In this document: piece by piece, positions 18,181 through 26,096 of the stretch
Layout of the letters: the number at the start of each line of letters is the position of its first letter
Numbering within the stretch: the stretch's first letter is position 1
Assembly: GCF_000012805.1 (NCBI RefSeq)
Contig: NC_007484.1
Span: 2,280,001 to 2,312,000, forward strand
DNA length: 32,000 nucleotides
Direction of reading: 5' to 3'
Source: Nitrosococcus oceani ATCC 19707
Lineage (GTDB): Bacteria; Pseudomonadota; Gammaproteobacteria; Nitrosococcales; Nitrosococcaceae
Made by a program: the position numbers and the translations under genes
The notes under the pieces: model-generated
Seen by the model: only the letters and a program-made list of their open reading frames with translations
The model's database searches: none
What the model was told of the DNA's origin: nothing

Positions 18181-18228
18181 CAAGAACCGCTGATAATACA
18201 TGAAGATAAAATTTTACAGAAAGAATAG

Positions 18229-18246
18229 TGTCTGTTTTTAGGGACA
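18229..18246. promoter_or_regulatory. Inverted repeat TGTC-N10-GACA, proximal candidate enhancer (UAS) site
   Basis: TGTCTGTTTTTAGGGACA has the same half-sites and the same 10-nt spacer as the site at 18163. Centre-to-centre distance is 66 bp. It lies about 90 nt upstream of the -24 element. Confidence 0.4.
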
Positions 18247-18321
18247 AATTCATAGCATGATTATTTAAACCGCCTATGTTTCGATCTCTGAAATTGTATA
18301 TTTCTATTGGTTTTTGCAGGG

Positions 18322-18337
18322 TGGCATTTTATTTGCT
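18322..18337 (+). promoter_or_regulatory. Sigma-54 (-24/-12) promoter upstream of acyltransferase paralog 2
   Basis: TGGCATTTTATTTGCT versus TGGCAC-N5-TTGCW: exact GG-N10-GC spacing and a full TTGCT -12 box, with the only deviation C to T at position 6. It lies about 95 nt upstream of ATG 18430. Confidence 0.75.
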
Positions 18338-18429
18338 TAATCTAAATAGTTCAACCAATTTATTAGAATAAAAATACATCACTAAGAATTAATTTGATGC
18401 TCCTATACCCTTTCAATATAAGGAAATAA

Positions 18430-19365
18430 ATGCCAATGCCGTCCCATGCTTATTGCCAAAGCGCATACCAACAAAAATTTGACACCACCTCCACCTCCGA
18501 ACTGCTTTGTATTCATGAACTCTTTCAGCAACATTTTAAAGTCTTCGAATTCTTACCACGAGAATCGCCTAAACTTTTTGAGCAAACCCTTGCTCTACGC
18601 TACCAGGTTTATTGCCTTGAAAATTCATTCGAAAATGCTTCCGATTTCCCGAGCAAGATGGAAATGGATCAGTACGATGAATATTCCGTCCATACACTTA
18701 TCTGCCATCGCGATACAGGAGAGGCCGTCGCCACGGTTCGATTAGTTCAGCCAAATTCTTCTGGGTACCAACATGGTTTCCCCATGGAACCCCATTGCAA
18801 CGCATCGCTTACCGCTCTCCCCGGAGAATCTCGGCCGTCATCACACCACTTACCTGCGGAAATTTCCCGTTTTGCAATATCCAAAAATGTTAGACAACGA
18901 GTCATGAAAATGGCATCCACAATGCAAGCGGGACACACCGAAAAAGGAAAACCTAATCATATTTCCTGGGATCGACTGCTATACTCTCAATTCACCTTAG
19001 AATTGTTTGCTGCTGCAATACGCTTAAGCGATAAATACGGAATCACTCACTGGTATTCTTTGGCTTCGCCGGCATTGTTAAGAACCTTAAGACGCTTTGG
19101 TATTCGTCTGACATCGGTTGGCCCAGCAATCGATCACCGCGGTATGCGGCTACCCTGTATTGACAACCTTGAAACGCTTCTAAGGAGAGTTTATCAGACA
19201 CAACCGGATGCATGGAATATTCTAACCAATCATGGAACGATCTGGCGAGAATCCAAACGTAATTACATCGAAGAATTAAAACAAGAGAAAATAAAAGCAA
19301 AAGACAAGTTTGCCCTGCTCCCTTATTTCAAAAAAGAATTCCAACCCCGGATGGCAAGCGCATAA
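18430..19365 (+). CDS. PEP-CTERM/exosortase system-associated acyltransferase (LuxI/FeeM-like), paralog 2, with internal insertion and Lys-rich C-terminal tail
   Basis: 311 aa. It shares LALRYQVYCLENSFEN, EMDQYDEYS, ATVRL and EISRFAISKNVRQR with paralog 1. It has a longer N-terminus, an extra segment after the ESR motif (MKMASTMQAGHTEKGKPNHISWDRLLYSQ) and a tail RESKRNYIEELKQEKIKAKDKFALLPYFKKEF. AAGGA Shine-Dalgarno before the ATG. Confidence 0.8.
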   Translation: MPMPSHAYCQSAYQQKFDTTSTSELLCIHELFQQHFKVFEFLPRESPKLFEQTLALRYQVYCLENSFENASDFPSKMEMDQYDEYSVHTLICHRDTGEAVATVRLVQPNSSGYQHGFPMEPHCNASLTALPGESRPSSHHLPAEISRFAISKNVRQRVMKMASTMQAGHTEKGKPNHISWDRLLYSQFTLELFAAAIRLSDKYGITHWYSLASPALLRTLRRFGIRLTSVGPAIDHRGMRLPCIDNLETLLRRVYQTQPDAWNILTNHGTIWRESKRNYIEELKQEKIKAKDKFALLPYFKKEFQPRMASA

Positions 19366-19406
19366 ACAAAGAAAACATTGATGATAAACAACAACGGCAG
19401 TTACTC

Positions 19407-20765
19407 TTAACCACGCATTTCATATTTATCTAATAATGCGTATAAAGTAGGACGAGTCACCCCTAAGAGTTCCGCTGCCCGTGAGAGATTGCCATTCACC
19501 AAGGTGATGGCGCGGGTAAGCGCCTCCCGTTCAGTATGCTCCCGTATTTGACGCAAATTTAAGGACAAAGATTGCTGTTCGGGGGAGGCAGAGGCGGGCA
19601 AGTCTAAATCTTCCGACGCAATACGGTTGCCTTCCACCATTATCACAGCCCGTTTTATGCAATTTTCTAGTTCTCTAACATTGCCAGGCCAGGTATGAGT
19701 CTCAATAGCTCTAATAGCATCATCTGTAAAACCGCGGACCGCTTTACCCTGCGTGCGCGAAAAATGCTCAAGCAGCGCCCGCCCAATGACTACCGCATCG
19801 CCCGGGCGTTCCCGCAAAGGCGGAAGAGTCACGGTAACTTCGGCAATTCGATAATATAGATCTTCCCGAAATTGGTTTTGAGCAATAAGCTCTTTTAAAT
19901 CCTGGTTGGTCGCGCAGATAACCCGCACATCCACAGGGATTTCTTCACGGCCACCCACCCGCTCAATCACCCGTTCTTGCAGAAAACGCAGCAGCTTGGC
20001 CTGGAGGCCCCGGGGCAAATCCCCGATTTCATCTAAGAACAAAGTACCCTCATGAGCGTATTCAATCTTGCCCCGGGTTTGTCTCACAGCCCCCGTAAAG
20101 GCTCCTTTTTCATGGCCAAAAAGCTCGCTTTCCAAAAGGTTCTCCGGAATAGCCGCGCAGTTAATAGCCACGAAAGTTTGCTCTCGGCGATAGCTCAGTT
20201 GGTGCAAGGCCCGAGCAATAACTTCCTTGCCTGTACCGCTCTCACCCAAAATAAACGCAGTGACATCAGCGGGTGCGATCTTCTCAATGGTACGACATAT
20301 TTTCTTCATTCCAGGGCTGACGGCAATCACCCCTTCCAGGGAGGAATGACCAGCCCGCCGTAAACGCCGATTTTCCATCTCCAATTCATAAAGCCGGTAA
20401 GCCCGATCAATCGTCAATTTAAGAATGTCGGGATCGATGGGCTTCGAATAAAAATCGTAGGCACCCGCCCCCACTGCTTGCACCGCATGCTCCTGGCTGT
20501 CATTCCCTGTGATCACAATGATTTTGGTATAGGGCGCCAGAGCCAGGATTTCCTGCAAGGAGGCCATGCCTTCGCTGACGCCACCAGGGTTAGGAGGCAA
20601 ACCAAGATCTAACGTTACTACCGGAGGTTCATGGCGGCGTACTAATGCAACCGCTTCCTGACGATCCTTAGCTACTGCTATTTCATAACCACAAAAAGCC
20701 CACCGCAACTGGCCCTGCAAGCCAAGATCATCTTCCACGATCAGCAAGTTTTTCTTACTGCTCAT
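19407..20765 (-). CDS. prsR: PEP-CTERM-system sigma-54-dependent response regulator (NtrC family: REC + AAA+ + Fis-type HTH)
   Basis: REC domain (LLIVEDDLGLQ...VVTLDLGLPP), Walker A GESGTGKEV, the sigma-54 contact loop GAFTGA, and C-terminal HTH NLSRAAELLGVTRPTLYALLDKY. I moved the start to ATG 20765 (MSSKKNLLIVEDD), which has a GAAGGAGG Shine-Dalgarno and forms an ATGA overlap with the prsK stop. Confidence 0.85.
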   Translation of the reverse strand: MSSKKNLLIVEDDLGLQGQLRWAFCGYEIAVAKDRQEAVALVRRHEPPVVTLDLGLPPNPGGVSEGMASLQEILALAPYTKIIVITGNDSQEHAVQAVGAGAYDFYSKPIDPDILKLTIDRAYRLYELEMENRRLRRAGHSSLEGVIAVSPGMKKICRTIEKIAPADVTAFILGESGTGKEVIARALHQLSYRREQTFVAINCAAIPENLLESELFGHEKGAFTGAVRQTRGKIEYAHEGTLFLDEIGDLPRGLQAKLLRFLQERVIERVGGREEIPVDVRVICATNQDLKELIAQNQFREDLYYRIAEVTVTLPPLRERPGDAVVIGRALLEHFSRTQGKAVRGFTDDAIRAIETHTWPGNVRELENCIKRAVIMVEGNRIASEDLDLPASASPEQQSLSLNLRQIREHTEREALTRAITLVNGNLSRAAELLGVTRPTLYALLDKYEMRG

Positions 20766-22846
20766 GAAACTGCCTCCTTCACTTCTTCCATCCGAGATCT
20801 TTCTACCTCGCCTTGAGGTATCCGCAGCACAAAACAAGTTCCTTTACCCGGCACGCTGCGGACTTCAATATCTCCTCCTATCTCCTGGATATATTCCTGC
20901 ACCTCAAAAGCTCCAATCCCCATGCCCGTAAGCCCTTTAGTGCTATCAAAAGGGCGAAATAGCCGTTCCCGAACAAAAGCGGGAACCATGCCCTGCCCGC
21001 TATCTTCAACGTCTATCCGAACTATTTCCTTTTCTCTGCTTATCCGTAAAACAACACGTCCTTCAGGCAAGGTTGCTTCTTGGGCATTCTGGATTAAATG
21101 CCCTAAGATACTCTTAAACCGTTCTCGGTTAGCGCATATCCCAATAAAATCTTTATCTTCTCCCTCCACTTCTGGTCTTGGCTGTTGGGCGGCATAATGT
21201 TTTACCAGCTCACGAGCCAACGCCACTACGTCAAAGATTTCCTGCCGTTCTTCCTCCCCCGTGCTGCGGAGTTGACTCATTAGCCGTTGCATTCGCTGAA
21301 CTGCGTGGTGAATAGTCTGCACAGCATCATCGATAAATGCTGGGTTATGCTTATGGTATGCGGCGTTACGCACCAGCAAGGAAAGCTGTGCGATGAGATT
21401 TTTCAAATCATGGACCACGTAGGCGGAAAATCGATGAAAAGCAGCGAATTGCTGGGCTTGGGCTAACTGTTCGGCTGCTTCTTGATGGGCCAAATAGCTT
21501 GCTGCCTCCCGGCCGGTAGTGCGCAAAAGATCCCGATCCTCCCAGTCCAAAGCCGCTCTCGCCTGGGAGCGAGCCAAAACCAAGAAGCCAACCAATGATT
21601 CCCTGTGAATTAAAGGTACAATCAGCCATAGCTTGGGAAAGCTATTAAACCATTCTGGTATCGGCACAGGATGGGGATGGGTTGCTTCCCCTTTTGCGCC
21701 TTCTTCCATAATCCACTCTTGTTCCTGCAGGAACTGAAGAAATGCTGATTGCTTCGGCTCCATTAAGCCCTCTGGAAAAGGAAAATTCCAGACAAAAGTC
21801 GGTACATAATATTTCTCTTTAGGCTGCCACAGCACGCCACCCGGGCTTTCCACGATCTGAGCGAGAGCTCGAGTTACTCGTTCTCCTAACGGGATCGAGG
21901 AGTCCTCCGAAAGCATACTAATAAAATGTAACCACTCCTCGCGATAGTCATATTTGTAATTAAAAAAATGTTTACTGATAAAAACCCGCAATTTCGCCTT
22001 TAATTGGCCCGAGGAAAGGAGCGACAGGAGCAGTAAAGCAGCCGCAAATAAAAAAACGGCCTGGGCCATAATCCCCCAGGAACCGCCAAAATGGCGAACA
22101 TAGTAGCCTGCACCGGCCATAGCCAATAAATAGAATCCCGCCCCTAGAAAAGTTGCAGTATGAAATACCATCCGCCGGGAAACATAGACATCTGGCGACC
22201 ATTGAGGGTTACGAGCAGCCGAAACTGCAATAAAAGGAACGACCATAGCATTAGCTAGACCACGGGCAGACCACACCCCCGTATCGACTACTTGTAATAG
22301 CAAAGCATCCGCATAGAGAAAAAAATCATAAACGAATAAAGCGGCAAGCCCAAAACAGAGATGTTTAATCGCCCATCGTTTATCCTGAGGCACAGAACGC
22401 AGCAGTTGTTCCACCAGCATTAAACCAATAACTGCCAATAGTATTTGCCCTACCAGTACAATCTCATAGCTTAATTTGGCGCCAAGCAGCCATTCTAGCC
22501 AGGAAAACCCAATTAACAGTCCCCCTTGCAGAAGTACAAAGATGAAAACCAACACCGCAAGTCTGCGGGTAAGCCCCTGAAACTTAAAATTAAAGCCTAA
22601 CGCATGAAAAAGAAAAGCATACCAGACTCCATCCCGAAAAGTTTCCAGTATCTGGACCCAAAGCGGCGAAAGATAATCAACATATGAGTCATACGCTGAG
22701 ACGGCTAGCCAGCCTGCATTTACTGCAACCGCAAAGAGCAATACCCCCCCCACGGGGCGATTACGGTAGCCGATAGCCAGTATAATGAAAAGAGCAGTAA
22801 AGGCTACCGCGCCAGCACCATAACTGATCAAGGCCAAATTATTCAT
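20762..22846 (-). CDS. prsK: PEP-CTERM-system sensor histidine kinase (polytopic membrane domain, GAF-like region, HisKA, HATPase)
   Basis: About 300 aa of multiple TM helices come first. Then H-box FSAYVVHDLKNLIAQL, and ATPase boxes GHLIQNAQEA, VEDSGQGM and GMGIGAFEVQEYIQEIGG. The likely start is ATG 22846 (MNNLALISYG) rather than 22903, which would overlap the sugar transferase. Confidence 0.85.
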   Translation of the reverse strand: MNNLALISYGAGAVAFTALFIILAIGYRNRPVGGVLLFAVAVNAGWLAVSAYDSYVDYLSPLWVQILETFRDGVWYAFLFHALGFNFKFQGLTRRLAVLVFIFVLLQGGLLIGFSWLEWLLGAKLSYEIVLVGQILLAVIGLMLVEQLLRSVPQDKRWAIKHLCFGLAALFVYDFFLYADALLLQVVDTGVWSARGLANAMVVPFIAVSAARNPQWSPDVYVSRRMVFHTATFLGAGFYLLAMAGAGYYVRHFGGSWGIMAQAVFLFAAALLLLSLLSSGQLKAKLRVFISKHFFNYKYDYREEWLHFISMLSEDSSIPLGERVTRALAQIVESPGGVLWQPKEKYYVPTFVWNFPFPEGLMEPKQSAFLQFLQEQEWIMEEGAKGEATHPHPVPIPEWFNSFPKLWLIVPLIHRESLVGFLVLARSQARAALDWEDRDLLRTTGREAASYLAHQEAAEQLAQAQQFAAFHRFSAYVVHDLKNLIAQLSLLVRNAAYHKHNPAFIDDAVQTIHHAVQRMQRLMSQLRSTGEEERQEIFDVVALARELVKHYAAQQPRPEVEGEDKDFIGICANRERFKSILGHLIQNAQEATLPEGRVVLRISREKEIVRIDVEDSGQGMVPAFVRERLFRPFDSTKGLTGMGIGAFEVQEYIQEIGGDIEVRSVPGKGTCFVLRIPQGEVERSRMEEVKEAVS

Positions 22847-22868
22847 GGTGTATTGACTAACAAGAAGT

Positions 22869-24266
22869 TCAGCGGGCTCCTTTTCCAAGCACAACGACTT
22901 CAACCGTTTGCAACAAAATCATTAGATCTAAAAAAAGACTGTAGTTTTTAACATAATAAAGATCATATTGAAGTTTCTCGAAAGCAGCTTTCTCAGTACT
23001 ACCGTAGGGATAACATATTTGTGCCCAGCCGGTCAGTCCTGGTTTAACCCGGTGGCGTTCCTCATAGTAAGGCAACTCCTTAGTTAAAGTTTCCACAAAT
23101 TCTGGCCGCTCGGGCCGTGGCCCTACAAAACTCATTTGACCCCATAAGATGTTAAAAATCTGTGGTAACTCATCAATCCGGGTACGCCGCAACCACCGCC
23201 CCACAGGAGTAATACGAGGATCACCGCTTGCTGCCCAACGGGCTTTTCCATCCGCTTCGGCATCCTGACTCATGGTCCGAAATTTAAAGATATAAAAGGA
23301 CTGGCCATTTTCGCCTACTCGCCGCTGACGATAAAGCACTGGCCGACCACTCTCCCGTAAAATTGCAATCACGGCAAACAGCATCAATGGAGAGCAAAAA
23401 ACAAGCAACATTACACTAGCGGTGATATCAAAGAGCCGCTTAGTGAATTGCCGCAGGAAATGATGATGAAAACCGCTGGAAAACAGAAGCCAGCTAGGAT
23501 ACATAATATCAATTTTGAGCTTACCAGCCGTTTGTTCAAAAAAATCGAGCACATCAGTTACCGTAACTCCTGCCATACGGCAATCCAGTAGTTCCTTGTA
23601 GGGTAGACGGCCTCGGCGTTCATCAACAGCAATCACGATTTCATCAATACCCCCATGCGTTACGTACTCCTGAAGCCCCCCCCCCACTTCTACTAATTGT
23701 TCTTTAGGAATCAGGGGGATCTCCCCCGGCAAGGGAGCATAGCCAACAATATCAATACCAAGCCGGTCAGAGCGGCGGCGGAGAGTATTCACCGAAGCTG
23801 CGCGCTTTTCCGTACCTAATATGAGTAACTGCCGTTGTAGACCCTGCAGTCCCATAAGATAAAGGAAAAAAACCCTGGAAAGGAGTAGTGCACAAGTAGA
23901 AATAATAATGCTAAGGACAAGGATACCCCGGCCTAGATGGAATTCAGGTATAAAATAGAAAGTAACCGCCATCAATGTCCCCGCTACTAGCATTGCCACT
24001 ATTAAACGGTTAAAAATTCCTGCTAAACCATAGCGCTGATGGCGACGATAAAGCCCAGAGGCAATTAGAGCGATGACTACCACAGCGGTATAAATTATCG
24101 CCTTAGGCCATAAAAGCCCTAAATTCTCCTGAATGAGCTGATAATTTCCCATAAAGCGGATAAGCGCGGCTAACCAGAGACTGGAAAATAAAATAACTGA
24201 CTCACAAAAAGCGAGAACTAAAAAAGAACGTTTAATATGATGATTAAAGAAGCGAACAGTGCCCAC
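22869..24266 (-). CDS. Undecaprenyl-phosphate sugar phosphotransferase (bacterial sugar transferase, EpsB/WbaP-like priming enzyme of the PEP-CTERM locus)
   Basis: 465 aa with N-terminal TM helices and a central Rossmann-like segment. C-terminal catalytic domain: LFDITASVMLLVFCSPLMLF...PVLYRQRRVGENGQSFYIFKFRTM...DELPQIFNILWGQMSFVGPRPERPEF. Confidence 0.85.
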   Translation of the reverse strand: MGTVRFFNHHIKRSFLVLAFCESVILFSSLWLAALIRFMGNYQLIQENLGLLWPKAIIYTAVVVIALIASGLYRRHQRYGLAGIFNRLIVAMLVAGTLMAVTFYFIPEFHLGRGILVLSIIISTCALLLSRVFFLYLMGLQGLQRQLLILGTEKRAASVNTLRRRSDRLGIDIVGYAPLPGEIPLIPKEQLVEVGGGLQEYVTHGGIDEIVIAVDERRGRLPYKELLDCRMAGVTVTDVLDFFEQTAGKLKIDIMYPSWLLFSSGFHHHFLRQFTKRLFDITASVMLLVFCSPLMLFAVIAILRESGRPVLYRQRRVGENGQSFYIFKFRTMSQDAEADGKARWAASGDPRITPVGRWLRRTRIDELPQIFNILWGQMSFVGPRPERPEFVETLTKELPYYEERHRVKPGLTGWAQICYPYGSTEKAAFEKLQYDLYYVKNYSLFLDLMILLQTVEVVVLGKGAR

Positions 24267-25015
24267 TCTTGTCGTCCCCCTACATTAGTGTGCCAAAATT
24301 GCTCTAGGTCATTGAATATAAAAAAGTAATCCTATCGACGGCTTTTACCCCCAACAGGGGAAAGTCCAATTAGCTAGGGGTGGCGGGCAAACTTAACAAT
24401 AAAGAACGCGGCCGACAGATTAGTCCGCTTCTATATCGGCGAGCATTTTTATTAGTTTAACCATTTTCATTTCTAGATGATTAGACTGGCTTGTTGGCGT
24501 TTCGCCATGGCTTAGCGCGCAGTCTCTTTTCGCCTTGTCAGCCTAGAGAATTGGCACTTCAGTGCGGTCTTCGATCCATAAGCTGGGCCGCCGTGATTTT
24601 TACCTTTTAAGGAATCAATCCCAGCTTCATAAACCATATTGGCGAAGTAGCACTTACAGGGATTAGGGTCAACCATCACCATGTTGGAACACTATCCATG
24701 ACATAGAGGCGCTTCAACTTAACCGTACCTAACCTTGAAAGTTTTAACAATTTTTTTACGTTTAGTACTAGATGGATGCTAGTAGCGTTTTTTATAAGGA
24801 CGGATATCGAGTGCCAATGGTGGAAAAATGCTTAAACGCCACGCCTTGGTCAATGATTTTTTGAGTATGGCAACTGGAACCCACCCCACTGCCCAAGAAG
24901 CAACTTCAAGTATTAGTAAAACAGGAAGACCGCACACTATCGAATTTAGCGGAGACAATAGGGAGCGCCTGCGCCAAACATGAATCCATAAGAGGATAAA
25001 ACCCACTAACCTTGG

Positions 25016-25097
<82 letters not shown>

Positions 25098-25202
25098 GAG
25101 AAGGATACCTATTTCTAGCGTAGGCGTCTATGTTCTTAGCAAAAATAATATTCAAACCTATCTCCTAATAACACATTAATTCTAATCAGGACAGCTAACA
25201 CC

Positions 25203-25781
25203 ATGAACAAACAAATTCATAAAATGAATTTTCTTTCCCCTCAATGCCTGCTTTCTATTATGGGTATGGGAATAGTTACTCTTTCCCTCTTAGCTGCTGG
25301 ATGCACGGAACAAACTGCCGAAACCAGTTCTCCAGAAGCCATCGCTAAGCGTATCGAACCAGCGGGGAAAGTAAATATTGCCTCCGCACCGGAAAAAACC
25401 AGCGAAACGCCCGATACCCCTGCAAGCTCTGAAGAAAAATCACCAGCAGCACCTGCTCCTGCAAAAAACAAAGAAAACGCCCCGGCTGCTAACAATGACG
25501 AGACACCGCCAGCCACTAAGGGAAAAGAGTCCCAGCTCAACCATGGCAAAACAATAGTTAAAAATAGTTGTGCCGCTTGCCACACCGGCAATTTGCCGGG
25601 AGCCCCCGTGATTGGGAATGCGGAAGACTGGACGCCTCGCCTTACTCAAGGCGTGGAAATTCTAACTCAACATGCCACCCAAGGTTACAAGGCTATGCCG
25701 CCCAAAGGCGGTAATCCTAACCTCAGTGATGAAGACATCGCCGCTGCAATTGCTTACCTTATTTCCCAATTAGAAAAATAA
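25203..25781 (+). CDS. Lipoprotein-anchored class I c-type cytochrome (cytochrome c5-like) with a low-complexity Pro/Ala/Glu linker
   Basis: Lipobox LSLLAAGCTEQ, linker PEKTSETPDTPASSEEKSPAAPAPAKNKENAPAANNDETPPA, haem motif CAACH, and distal Met region GYKAMPPKGG. Confidence 0.8.
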   Translation: MNKQIHKMNFLSPQCLLSIMGMGIVTLSLLAAGCTEQTAETSSPEAIAKRIEPAGKVNIASAPEKTSETPDTPASSEEKSPAAPAPAKNKENAPAANNDETPPATKGKESQLNHGKTIVKNSCAACHTGNLPGAPVIGNAEDWTPRLTQGVEILTQHATQGYKAMPPKGGNPNLSDEDIAAAIAYLISQLEK

Positions 25782-25807
25782 GGAAAAATCCAAGTTTCCC
25801 TAAAAAC

Positions 25808-25827
25808 AGCACCTTATCTGGGTGCTT
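25808..25827 (+). terminator. Weak candidate terminator after the cytochrome gene
   Basis: AGCACC-TTATCTG-GGTGCT followed by TCGTT. Short stem and poor T-tract. Confidence 0.3.
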
Positions 25828-25856
25828 CGTTGGAATTAAACGGCGATGATTAATGT

Positions 25857-25933
25857 CCCCCTAGCGAAAGCGTCTGTCTATGCGTGCAGACGCGCATAGA
25901 CAGACGAAGTGAAACGGCGCATCGAGCGCGAGG
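25857..25933. repeat. Bipartite repeat unit (arms shared with 9526-9570) enclosing a perfect 14-bp hairpin
   Basis: Left arm CCCCCTAGCGAAAGCG versus CCCCCCAGCGAGAGCG at 9527-9542 (14 of 16 identical). Right arm GCATCGAGCGCGAGG (25919-25933) is identical to 9556-9570. Between the arms here lies CGTCTGTCTATGCG-TGCAGACG-CGCATAGACAGACG (25871-25906). Confidence 0.8.
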
Positions 25934-26096
25934 AACAGTCAACCAACGGAGGCCATTGCTATTAGTCAGGGCGAAACCCCAATCTCATCACTACTACGCC
26001 TCTCCCTGTTAGAGTTAGGGAGGAGCGCTTTCCCAAATAAACGTCTCATCTGGCATCCCTTCTCTGCGCCCCTACCCCTTCGCGGCATCGGCAGTT

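Noticed and set aside
20766-20837. Upstream extension of prsR (MFCAADTSRRGRK...) and the analogous extension of prsK (22847-22903)
   Set aside because: The internal ATGs have good Shine-Dalgarno sequences or operon geometry (ATGA overlap). They begin exactly at the conserved domain starts, and the extensions would overlap the upstream genes.
24552-24566. Sigma-54-like TGGCACTTCAGTGCG on the plus strand
   Set aside because: The GG to GC spacing is one nucleotide short. It also points toward the oppositely oriented tRNA, with no plus-strand gene for more than 600 nt.
24779-25006. 75-aa hydrophobic ORF next to the tRNA
   Set aside because: No recognisable Shine-Dalgarno or family resemblance, and it begins immediately after the tRNA. 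It is kept only as a note under the gap finding, not as a feature.
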